Source of the DNA: Pachysolen tannophilus NRRL Y-2460
Lineage: Eukaryota
DNA length: 64,000 nucleotides
Assembly (NCBI GenBank): GCA_001661245.1
Contig: KV454013.1
Location: 838,502-902,501, forward strand
Direction: 5' to 3'
Position numbers and translations under genes: made by a program. Shown here piece after piece: positions 10,635-20,687 of this stretch. Under the pieces are notes generated by a model. That model saw nothing but the letters and a program-made list of their open reading frames with translations, made no database searches and was not told where the DNA came from. Numbering within the stretch: position 1 is the first letter of the stretch; each line of letters begins with the position of its first letter.

Positions 10635-12464
10635 TTAACAAGTTCCTCTGAAACTTTGGAAGATGTGTTTCTTGTGAGTGCCTTGTGTATGGTGAGTGTT
10701 GTTTTTATTTTCGTTCTTGATGTTGTCATTGTCCTTTTTATCACTTATGCTCAACTTTTTAAACTCTAAAAGTTCATTATTACCGTCAGAAGCAATAGAT
10801 AAGAGCATATTGTAGATGACATTTTTTTCCTCTTGATCGTTTTCAAAGACTTGCGTTTTCTTGACTACTTGGATACTTTCACGAACCAGTTTTGCTGAGC
10901 TGATCAAAATTTCTGTTACTTGAACAATATCACTCATCAATTTGTCCAATAATTGTAGCGTTAAGCTATACCTAACTACAATCCTTAAGATTTCGTTGTT
11001 TTTATTTGGCGAGTCAGATCCAATATGGTGTGGCAATGGGTAGTTTGGAAGGATAAATCCTCTGTTTCTAAGTAATGTGGCAACAATGGACTGTGGGATT
11101 TCAGGGTATTCTTTCCGAAATTCTTCAGAAAATTGAAAAGAAACAACAGGTAAGGCCTCATGATAATTTGCATGATCTGAAAGTGATAAATTTTCCCTAG
11201 ATGAAACATTTTTTGGGATATGGATATTGGAGACACATTTAAAATATCCACTTTCTTCTAAAAACATAGATAATAATCTAGCATTGGTAATACAACTATC
11301 AAAAATTTGCTTATAACCTGAAAATCCCAAATTAAGGAAATTATAATATTGATGAATTACTTGGTAACCAGGTCTAGAAAAATTCAAATTAAAACTTTCT
11401 TCCAAACCACCAAGATAGCGAAGTTGGAATTTCAAAGCTTCTGGAAGTAACTTATGTTCTTTCCATATAACCCAACCAAGACCAGCAGTAACAAGACCAA
11501 ATTTATGACCCGAAGTGTTTATAGAATGAACTCTCTTATTACGGAAATCCCATTGCAAATCTGGATAGATAAAAGGAGCAATCATAGCACCTGAAGCACC
11601 ATCTACATGAATTGGAATATCCCAACCTTTTTCCCTTTCTACTTCATCCAAAATTTGTGATACTTTATCAACTTTTTCAAAACCACCTGTATATGTGCTA
11701 CCAACAATTACGAAAACACCAATGGTATTCTCATCACAATTTTCCTTGATCAGATTATAATCAATAAGATAATTTTCCTTTGGATCTACTGGAAGAATTC
11801 GAGCTTCAACATCAAAGTAACGTGCGAATTTCTCCAAGGCAACTTGACAACATGAAGCCATAATGATATTCGGATGATAATAATCTTTACCAGCAGCCTG
11901 CCTCTTTTGTTGCCATAATTTTTTCATTGCTAAACCACCCAACATAACTGCTTCTGAAGACCCGGTACATGCAGTACCAATTGCACCAGTTTTACTACTA
12001 TCAGCACCAGTTGCTGGTGCATGCCATAAATCAGCCAAGATCGAAATACAACGTTGGTGAATATCCATTAAGATTGGATATTCATCATTATCTGCCAAAT
12101 TCTTGGTGATATTCTCTTGAATCAATTTTAAAATAGTATCATCACCAACAAAAGTATTAACAAAACTTGCCAAGTTTAAAGTAGGATTACCATCAAGTGT
12201 AAGCTCATCATGGATTGATTGATAACAATAATCGGCATTGGCACCTTTTGGGGGAATCTTATACTTCAATTCAAAATCAATATCGGTAATCTTATAAGTA
12301 GCTAAATTGGTATTCGAATTATCTAAATTCTGAAGATGTAGCGTATGCTTCTTATCTTTATTGTATCGGTTCTTAACTCCGACATACTTCTTCACCAATT
12401 GCTTGTTCTTTGAAACAATTTCCTTCTCCAAAGAATCAACGTTGATATGTGTAGCCAATGGCAT
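10635..12464 (-). CDS. GAD1: Glutamate decarboxylase
   Basis: LDGNPTLNLASFV, IHVDGASG and PLP-lysine motif SINTSGHKFG. Confidence 0.95.
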   Translation of the reverse strand: MPLATHINVDSLEKEIVSKNKQLVKKYVGVKNRYNKDKKHTLHLQNLDNSNTNLATYKITDIDFELKYKIPPKGANADYCYQSIHDELTLDGNPTLNLASFVNTFVGDDTILKLIQENITKNLADNDEYPILMDIHQRCISILADLWHAPATGADSSKTGAIGTACTGSSEAVMLGGLAMKKLWQQKRQAAGKDYYHPNIIMASCCQVALEKFARYFDVEARILPVDPKENYLIDYNLIKENCDENTIGVFVIVGSTYTGGFEKVDKVSQILDEVEREKGWDIPIHVDGASGAMIAPFIYPDLQWDFRNKRVHSINTSGHKFGLVTAGLGWVIWKEHKLLPEALKFQLRYLGGLEESFNLNFSRPGYQVIHQYYNFLNLGFSGYKQIFDSCITNARLLSMFLEESGYFKCVSNIHIPKNVSSRENLSLSDHANYHEALPVVSFQFSEEFRKEYPEIPQSIVATLLRNRGFILPNYPLPHHIGSDSPNKNNEILRIVVRYSLTLQLLDKLMSDIVQVTEILISSAKLVRESIQVVKKTQVFENDQEEKNVIYNMLLSIASDGNNELLEFKKLSISDKKDNDNIKNENKNNTHHTQGTHKKHIFQSFRGTC

Positions 12465-12981
12465 TGTCAATTGAATAGATCTTAACTTTTTATAACTGAT
12501 AAAAATAATATAAATTATGATTAAAAATAGTTGATGGGAAAATAACTATTTATATTAAAAGTGAAAGCAACCAATGCACGAGGTGTTGTAATTTGTAAAA
12601 CCTTTTATGAGGGGCAGTGATTAATTCAGATTAGTTTACTTTCTCTTTCTCTCTTTCTCTTCAATGAATAGCCAGAGAAGAAGAAATCTGTTACCTCGAG
12701 AATTGTATATTAATTACTTTGCCCTTTTTGAGTCTTTACTAATAGTAATTTGAAACTGTTTTGAAAGCGGTTATTGTTAGTAATACGTTTATATTAATTA
12801 CCAATTTTCAATACCTATATACGAAGAATCAAGAACCAAACATTATAAGATAGAATTGATAATCTTACAAACAAAATAAAACTACAGTTGAAATTGTGAA
12901 GTAAATGCATTGGTTGCTCTAGGTATTTACATCACTAGTAATGATTCATCATATGTTCATCATCACAAAAAATGTAACACA

Positions 12982-13016
<35 letters not shown>

Positions 13017-13050
13017 AAAGCTTTTTAAAAAAATTAATTAAAATCTGGTT

Positions 13051-14151
13051 TTAACCAAGTTTCTTGATAGATCTCTTTGCATTTCTCATCTTATCGCTTG
13101 AAGCATCAACTTCCAGATTGAAATCATCCAATAATTCGTTTTGTTCATTAACTTCGTTATGTATCACCATTGCAATTTCTTTCTGTCTTTGTATTATTTG
13201 ACGAACTTGGTCTACATCTTGTTCTTGCTGTTGCAATTGTAATTGTTGTTGTTGGAATAATTCTTTACTAGTCAATGGCAATGTTTTCGTTGTTTCCTTT
13301 TGCCTTCCTAACACTCTTCTACCACTTGAATCATAATTATTATTACCACCACTAAGAGGAGCAAATAATTGCTGTTTTGGAGCTCCTGCTCCCGCTCCCG
13401 CGGTCGCTACAGATCCAGCTCCAATAGTTGCTATTGTATTTGTACTCTTGATATCTTTTATCAAACGATCTAACTCGAGATATTCTCTCTTAAGAGAAGA
13501 TAACAATTCTGATCTTCTGTTATATTCACCTTCACCTATAGAAGTTTGAAATAACTTTAAATTTTTCTCTAAATTAGCAATTCTCTTCTTTATTATCATA
13601 GAATCATTAACCAATTGTAAATGATCAGCTGTATTATTAAGAATCTTGGCTATTAAAGTCTTTATTGAATTATTTGTCTTTTTCAAATATGGTGCCCAAT
13701 TATTAACATCTATCGATTCTTCACTCTTATTATTAAACCAACTACTACTACTACTACTACTATTCCCAGAATCAACATTGATATTCTTAATCATAAACGT
13801 CGACTTGGGTAATTGTAAAAAATCCAACACTAATTGATTGTTTCTCAAACTCGAATCATTAATAACATCATTTAAAAACTTGGTTAACTTAAACTTCCTG
13901 TCTTCCACCAACTTATCCGATGACACAAAATAACTAGTAAACCTTGACGGCAAATCATACGGTAATTTCTGATTAAACCTCAATATCTCTAAATTTTTCT
14001 TTAATTGAATAAAATCACTATATCTTCTATTAACAACATAAAATTTATAAGGAAGCTTAACGTGAACATTGTAATAAGTAACATCATCCTTCTCTGTAGT
14101 AGAAGGTATTGAAATCTCTATAAACTCATCATTTGGTTCCGTCATCTTCAT
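13051..14151 (-). CDS. VAM7: Vacuolar SNARE with PX domain
   Basis: PX motif RRYSDFIQLKK, RRVLG..ETTKT and a C-terminal Qc-SNARE with no TM segment. Confidence 0.88.
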   Translation of the reverse strand: MKMTEPNDEFIEISIPSTTEKDDVTYYNVHVKLPYKFYVVNRRYSDFIQLKKNLEILRFNQKLPYDLPSRFTSYFVSSDKLVEDRKFKLTKFLNDVINDSSLRNNQLVLDFLQLPKSTFMIKNINVDSGNSSSSSSSWFNNKSEESIDVNNWAPYLKKTNNSIKTLIAKILNNTADHLQLVNDSMIIKKRIANLEKNLKLFQTSIGEGEYNRRSELLSSLKREYLELDRLIKDIKSTNTIATIGAGSVATAGAGAGAPKQQLFAPLSGGNNNYDSSGRRVLGRQKETTKTLPLTSKELFQQQQLQLQQQEQDVDQVRQIIQRQKEIAMVIHNEVNEQNELLDDFNLEVDASSDKMRNAKRSIKKLG

Positions 14152-14154
14152 AGA

Positions 14155-14159
<5 letters not shown>

Positions 14160-14191
<32 letters not shown>
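14160..14191. repeat. (TA)n microsatellite next to an N gap (14192-14309); similar tracts at ~12986-13012, 14805-14845 and 61478-61504
   Basis: Directly visible. Confidence 0.9.
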
Positions 14192-14309
14192 NNNNNNNNN
14201 NNNNNNNNNNNNNNNNNNNNNNNNNNNNNNNNNNNNNNNNNNNNNNNNNNNNNNNNNNNNNNNNNNNNNNNNNNNNNNNNNNNNNNNNNNNNNNNNNNNN
14301 NNNNNNNNN

Positions 14310-14802
14310 TTTATTGAATTATTTGTCTTTTTCAAATATGGTGCCCAATTATTAACATCTATCGATTCTTCACTCTTATTATTAAACCAACTACTACTAC
14401 TACTACTACTATTCCCAGAATCAACATTGATATTCTTAATCATAAACGTCGACTTGGGTAATTGTAAAAAATCCAACACTAATTGATTGTTTCTCAAACT
14501 CGAATCATTAATAACATCATTTAAAAAACTTGGTTAACTTAAACTTCCTGTCTTCCACCAACTTATCCGATGACACAAAATAACTAGTAAACCTTGACGG
14601 CAAATCATACGGTAATTTCTGATTAAACCTCAATATCTCTAAATTTTTCTTTAATTGAATAAAAATCACTATATCTTCTATTAACAACATAAAATTTATA
14701 AGGAAGCTTAACGTGAACATTGTAATAAGTAACATCATCCTTCTCTGTAGTAGAAGGTATTGAAATCTCTATAAACTCATCATTTGGTTCCGTCATCTTC
14801 AT

Positions 14803-14808
<6 letters not shown>
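14310..14808 (-). repeat. Near-identical direct duplicate of 13661-14157 (VAM7 5' half); probably an unmerged contig overlap
   Basis: Identical apart from two 1-nt homopolymer insertions; it borders the N gap and a TA tract. Confidence 0.9.
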
Positions 14809-14851
<43 letters not shown>

Positions 14852-14972
14852 TTTCTTGATAGTTTAAATGATGTTTCAAAAATATATTTATGTTTCTTTT
14901 ATTATTTTTAAACGTTTTGATAATTAATGGTTATACAAAATACATACTAAAATATCTATTTATAAAGCCACG

Positions 14973-16145
14973 ATGCCAAAGCAGTATATATCCACCAACA
15001 GTGTGAAGAATGCTCATAAATCTGATGTATTGGGGTTATCAATAACTAAGAATTATACTGTTACTGTGAGTTCAGATGGATATATTAAATTATGGAATCT
15101 TACCAATAGTGAAAGAGTTGCTTCTCAGTTTGTGAACAAGTTGGGGTTACACCATTTAAGTGTTTTCGAAGATATCATCAATAATATTCATTATTTAATA
15201 ATTGCAGTAGTTGCCTTTGATGGGAAATGTTATTTTTATGAATTTGAAACCAAATTTGTTGAACTTGTATCTTTAAATGAAAGATTAGGTTTTAATAATT
15301 ATGCTATTGATTTTTTAAAAGATCCATTGGGGAAATCAAATAAATTTGTATCAACAGAATCAAATGGGAATTGTAAGATTTATGATTTATTGATTGAAGG
15401 GAAAGAACAAAATGATTTAGGAATTTCAGGAATTAATTTACAATTACAAGGAACTATAGAACCAAAATTGAAAAATTTTGCAACTTCTGTTAGCCTTGAT
15501 TCTAAAGGTTCTAATATAGCCATTGGTTATCAAAATGGAGATGTTTACTTGTATGATTTGGAAGTATTAAAACCAATTTATTCATTTTATGGATTTGGTT
15601 TGAAAAATGATAATAATTCAACCACTGTTAGAAGTATAAAATTTTCACCTACTGATAGATTACTTGCAGTAGCAAGAGATTCAGGTCCTTATGGTACTAT
15701 TACTTTATACGATGTTAAATATGGAGATACTATTGGAACTTTTACTGCTCCTACACATTCAGCTAATGTCAGTATTGGAGGTTATGCTCATGAAGGTTGG
15801 TGTTTTTCTTTAGATTTCAATGAAGATGGATCGTTATTACTGAGTGGTGGATTTGATTCAAAGATTAGAATTTGGAATGTTAAAAATAGACAGAGAGAAG
15901 CAACTTTGATATTAACAAAATCTGATTTTTCTCTGGATGTGAATGAAAAGATAAAAGAGAATGAAATTGAACCAAATAATGAAGAATATGAAGATGAAAT
16001 GGATGATTCTGTAATTACCTCAGTAAAATTCATTAAAAGTGGGCTAAGAATTGGTGAAGGAGATCAAAATGAAGGATTATGTGCTGTAGGTTTTGATAGA
16101 GGTATTAGGTGGTATAGAGAAGCTGGTGGAATATCTAAAACATAA
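14973..16145 (+). CDS. SKI8: WD40 protein Ski8/Rec14
   Basis: AHKSDVL, LLAVARDSGPYGTITLYDVKYG, DRGIRWYREAGG. Confidence 0.9.
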   Translation: MPKQYISTNSVKNAHKSDVLGLSITKNYTVTVSSDGYIKLWNLTNSERVASQFVNKLGLHHLSVFEDIINNIHYLIIAVVAFDGKCYFYEFETKFVELVSLNERLGFNNYAIDFLKDPLGKSNKFVSTESNGNCKIYDLLIEGKEQNDLGISGINLQLQGTIEPKLKNFATSVSLDSKGSNIAIGYQNGDVYLYDLEVLKPIYSFYGFGLKNDNNSTTVRSIKFSPTDRLLAVARDSGPYGTITLYDVKYGDTIGTFTAPTHSANVSIGGYAHEGWCFSLDFNEDGSLLLSGGFDSKIRIWNVKNRQREATLILTKSDFSLDVNEKIKENEIEPNNEEYEDEMDDSVITSVKFIKSGLRIGEGDQNEGLCAVGFDRGIRWYREAGGISKT

Positions 16146-16186
16146 ACAAAATTTCAAAATTTATCGTATTATATTGCTATTATTAT

Positions 16187-17017
16187 TTAAATAGTTTTAT
16201 ATGGATCCTTATCGGTTTCACTTATATATATTTTCGCATTTTTTAATTCATTTTTCAATTGTTTTTGCAAAATTTTTAAAAAACCTCTTTCTGTATTACT
16301 ATGATTACAAGATATAACGTAATTACCATTTTCTTTAAAGAAAAGTGCTTCATGATGGGATAATTCACCAGTGAAATATAAATCTGCTTCAACATTTTTA
16401 AATAAAGATCCACCAGAACCAGCACATATAGCTATAGTTTTAATTTTTTTATTAATTTCAGGTTCTGCTAATTGTAAATGATTAATATTTAAATGTTTTT
16501 TAATTTTTAAAATTAATTCTGTTATAGGAATCTCATTTGTTAAAGTTAATAACCTACCCATACCAGTACCTTCAATGTCTGGATTTGGCTCAATTATAGT
16601 TCTAACAGAATTTTCATCGCTGACACCGTCAGCTAACCAATCGTTAACTCCACCAATTGCAGCATCAATTGCAGTGTGAGGACAATAAACACTAATACCA
16701 TTTTGAATCAATCTTACCAAAGATTGTTGTTGAGGATTCACCTGATTTATTGCCTTCAAGCCACGAAATATAAAAGGATGATAAGCCAATATCAAATCAG
16801 TCTTCAATTTAATAGCTTCATCAACAACTGATTTTGTCAAATCTATAGTAAGCAAAATATTGATATCTGTAGTAGTAGTAATAGCCTCTGTCGAACTGGA
16901 ATCAACCAATAACCCAGTATTATCCCAAGTCTTGTCCGCTAACGCTACAGGATATAGTTTCTGAATAGCTCCCACAATTGAAGTGAGCTTGGACTTGGAT
17001 GTGACTAACTTCGACAT
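16187..17017 (-). CDS. NIF3: NIF3 family metal-binding protein
   Basis: WDNTGLL, AYHPFIFRGLK, PHTAID, TGELSHH, HSNTERGFL. Confidence 0.95.
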   Translation of the reverse strand: MSKLVTSKSKLTSIVGAIQKLYPVALADKTWDNTGLLVDSSSTEAITTTTDINILLTIDLTKSVVDEAIKLKTDLILAYHPFIFRGLKAINQVNPQQQSLVRLIQNGISVYCPHTAIDAAIGGVNDWLADGVSDENSVRTIIEPNPDIEGTGMGRLLTLTNEIPITELILKIKKHLNINHLQLAEPEINKKIKTIAICAGSGGSLFKNVEADLYFTGELSHHEALFFKENGNYVISCNHSNTERGFLKILQKQLKNELKNAKIYISETDKDPYKTI

Positions 17018-17215
17018 GATTCAATAATTATAATTGAATTTTTGCCAACAATATATATAAATATATATATAAATATATATATATTATGGAAAGTAGTGAG
17101 ATTTTTTTTTTTTGGTGTGGTTTTCAAGTATTAATAAAAAATCTTTCAGTTATAAATTATTCAACTAATTTATTTAAAATTTAATATTCAATTTGTTGAT
17201 GGAAAGTGGAGGAAA

Positions 17216-17494
17216 ATGAGTGATCAAAGGTTGACATCTGAAGGATTGGAGGCTATAATAAGAGAAAGGCTTCAGGCATCAATAGTTCAAGTACAGGACA
17301 TGTCAGGTGGATGTGGTCAAGCGTTTGCAGTTATAATAGTCAGTGATCTTTTTAAAGGTAAAAATAAGTTAATGAGACATAGATTGGTTAATAATGCTTT
17401 AAAGGAAGAAATAAGTCTTATACATGCGTTCACACAGAAGGGATTTACACCTGATGAATGGGAATTGGCAAAGAGTCAAGGAGGTTTGGTGTAA
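17216..17494 (+). CDS. BOL2: Cytosolic BolA protein Bol2/Fra2
   Basis: DMSGGCGQAF, LMRHRLVN, IHAF; no mitochondrial presequence. Confidence 0.85.
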   Translation: MSDQRLTSEGLEAIIRERLQASIVQVQDMSGGCGQAFAVIIVSDLFKGKNKLMRHRLVNNALKEEISLIHAFTQKGFTPDEWELAKSQGGLV

Positions 17495-18294
17495 AAAAAA
17501 AAAAAAATATACAGAAAGTTGTCACATTTCAACGACAACGACAACAACGACGGTAATTTAAACCCTTTTTTTTTTTTTTGGTGCTTTTTTCCCCCTTCTT
17601 CTTCTTCTTCTTCTTGCCTTTTTAACTTATCTTTTATTTAAGACATACTCAGGTTGGAACTCATGCTAGTTATAGGTATATATATATATATATATATATG
17701 TTCAGGCTTCAAATCTTAATGTAATTGTTTAATTTAATAGAATTAGTAAGTTGTTATCTACAGTTTACCGAATTTTTTATTTTTTATGTTTTTTTTTAAT
17801 GGTCTAATAGTTTATTTTGTATATTACACAATATCAATGCTTTTCATATATAATAAGTGAATATCATATAGGAAAATTCAATAAAATTTTCATCTTGTTT
17901 TCTTTAGCTTTCAATCAAGCTCAACTCTTTCCAACTTTTTCTTACTTTTGTGTGTTTGTGTGTGTGTGTATATCAAAGTTGGAAAAAATGTAACTGAAAA
18001 GATAACCAAAAAAGACAAATAAAAATTAAACCTTCAAATCTTTTGTGAAATTCACGTAAAATAACTGAAAAACAATTGATTATGCGATGAAAAAAAAAAA
18101 AATGTGTAGCATATATATAAAAATAGACTCTTTCATCTTCTCAACTCTTTTTCTTTTTCCTCCTTTTTTAATTAAAAAAACTGGAGGAAAAAAATGGGAC
18201 ACTCAATTTTACCAAGGACAAGAAAAATTAAAAACAAATTAGGAACAAATTCAATCAAAGGGTTTAGAATTAGGGGAACATAAGCAAAAGCACC

Positions 18295-19545
18295 TCAATT
18301 CTTTTCTAAAGTTTCCGTTTGGACAACTTCAGTCTGGACATGTTTATTATTTTCACCACTTTCGATGTCGGCACTTTCATTAATTTCTGATCCAGTATCA
18401 GTTTTCTTTTCTGATACTTCAATTCCACCAGCATCTTCTTCAGCATTCAGAGTCTTTGCAAATTTCTCTTGGACTCTTCTGAATAATTCTTCTTGTTCTT
18501 CTTGAGTCAATTCATTCTTCTTCTTATTTTTCAACCAATACATTGGGTTGAAATGAATTAATCTCAATTTCTTACAGAATGGAAGATGACCATGTTTTTC
18601 TTCGTATAACATTAAAAGTAATACCAGCATTAAAAAGATCCAATAAACGTTATAAGAAATGACAGAACCATATGATGCAGAATTTTGCCATCCCAATAAG
18701 GCATTAAAGACATCCCAACCGTTATCCAATTCAGGATTACAACAGTTAACATGCCAAACCGACTTGGTAATATCATAAGAACCAGCACCATCACCAGATT
18801 CCGAAGCATCACCACCAGTTAAGTTGTTAAATTCGTTAGTTTCGAAATCCCAAACAGCTCTTGAAAACAAACCTGCAGAAATCAAATACAAGATAGCTGT
18901 GGAGATACACAAGAAAACTTGTAATGATGATCTAGAACCACCGTAGTATAAGAAGACACCTACTGCCATACCGGAAATTAAACCACAGACAACAGGTAAT
19001 GGATAAGCTCTAGCAGATGATGCGTGAACAAGACCAACACCACCAACGAAAACAACAGCTTCCAAACCTTCTCTTAAACATGTGATAAATGGTAAAACAA
19101 ACATAGCATATTTTTTAGTCAAATAACCAAGTTTAAATCTACCTTTAAAATCATCTGGAGAAGCAAGTAATGCTTTGGCAATCTTTATTCTCCATTTTTC
19201 TTGCATCTTATTAATTCTCAACATAGCAACACCCATAATAGAAATCAAAACGGTTGCAAAAACACAGAAAGTACCTTCCCAAATATCTTCAGATTCAGAC
19301 CAAATATCATTACCTAACGAATAATATGTACCAATAAAGGCAGCACCAATAATTAAACAAACCAAAACACCAGTGAACGCCCCTATATAAACCTGTCGAA
19401 CAAGTCGTTTATAAACCAGGGGATCATCTGTCGCTTTACCTAAACCTTGTTTTAAGAAGGCTAATAAAACGGAAACAACGATAATTGCTTCCAATGATTC
19501 TCTAAGAACAATGAAGTAAACTTCAACATTGAAAACATCAACCAT
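18295..19545 (-). CDS. FTR1: High-affinity iron permease
   Basis: Two REXXE motifs (RESLE, REGLE), WHVNCCNPE, NALLGWQNSA. Confidence 0.95.
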   Translation of the reverse strand: MVDVFNVEVYFIVLRESLEAIIVVSVLLAFLKQGLGKATDDPLVYKRLVRQVYIGAFTGVLVCLIIGAAFIGTYYSLGNDIWSESEDIWEGTFCVFATVLISIMGVAMLRINKMQEKWRIKIAKALLASPDDFKGRFKLGYLTKKYAMFVLPFITCLREGLEAVVFVGGVGLVHASSARAYPLPVVCGLISGMAVGVFLYYGGSRSSLQVFLCISTAILYLISAGLFSRAVWDFETNEFNNLTGGDASESGDGAGSYDITKSVWHVNCCNPELDNGWDVFNALLGWQNSASYGSVISYNVYWIFLMLVLLLMLYEEKHGHLPFCKKLRLIHFNPMYWLKNKKKNELTQEEQEELFRRVQEKFAKTLNAEEDAGGIEVSEKKTDTGSEINESADIESGENNKHVQTEVVQTETLEKN

Positions 19546-20687
19546 TTTGCTCTTTTGTTCTTTTTTCTTTTGCTTATTTCTTTCGTAGACCCTAAATTTT
19601 CAGCTTGCAGCTCAAACGGGAAAATATACAAGGATGATATACAAGTGACAAGCAATAAAAAAAAAAAAAAAAAGAAGAAAAAAACACAGGTAAAAAAGAA
19701 AGACGGTGATACAACTGTTCTTCTTTTTTGCTTGAATTTTTCTCGTTCAAAGGAAAAAAATTGGTGTGAAGAGAAAAAGAAAAAATGAAAACAACAAAAA
19801 TGTTGATGGGAAAAACATCCAAGGTTTTATATAGCTGCAATCCAAAATGAAAATACTAGGTGAAAAAAGAAAATTTTTTATTTCTGACCACTCGATCGAT
19901 AAAAGAAATTAACTACTTGAAAATAAAGTTGAAAACCCGTATGCATTATGCATCATTGTAATAATCTATTTGATCAAATTCGAGGTACTTTTCCCGCGAC
20001 CCTCGGTAAATAATTTTCCAATTGGCTGAAAAGCCGATATTTTTCATTCTAAATGTGAAAAATATTCTGACCGGTTTCGAAAAAGTGAGACTTAATTAAT
20101 TATCAGATTCATCAGCTAAGATTTCGATAAGACAACAAAAAAAAAATTTTCTGTGCTTTTCCTTTTTCTTTTTTTTTTCTTTCTTTTTTTTTCTTTTTTT
20201 TCTTTCTTTTTTTGATGCTTCTAGTCATTTTTTACCGTTACAGTGTGCTTTGCTTTCGCTGTTAATGCTGATGCAGATTGTCTCCCTTCATTTTCCTTTG
20301 TAAATCGTTGCATGAAGTACTAGTACATTTCATGCTCTTGTTCGGATATATTGATCGTTGATGTCGCTAAAGCGCTGGAGCATGGGTGACCGTCTAAATG
20401 CTTATAAAGTATGTACGTGAGGAAAAATCTGTAAATTTTTAATTGGATAATTTTGCAGATTTTTTAATTTTTCTTCTTTTGTCCAAGCACCCTTGCAAGT
20501 GCTTAAATGTTTTCTTTTTTTTTTTTTTTTTTTTCTTTTTAAAAAATTAAGCACTACTACATAATACATGATCGGGCCCTAATTGGATGATTATCGAGAT
20601 TAGGGCTTACACACCTTCTAACAATACTAATAATAATAATAATAATAATAATAACATTAATAATAATAACTATGGTGACTAGCTTTA

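Noticed and set aside
14129..14738. Second VAM7-like gene or pseudogene
   Set aside because: Spans an N gap and is near-identical to the first copy; most likely an assembly overlap.
19461..19840. ORFs upstream of FTR1
   Set aside because: Poly-K/poly-F translations of homopolymer promoter DNA.
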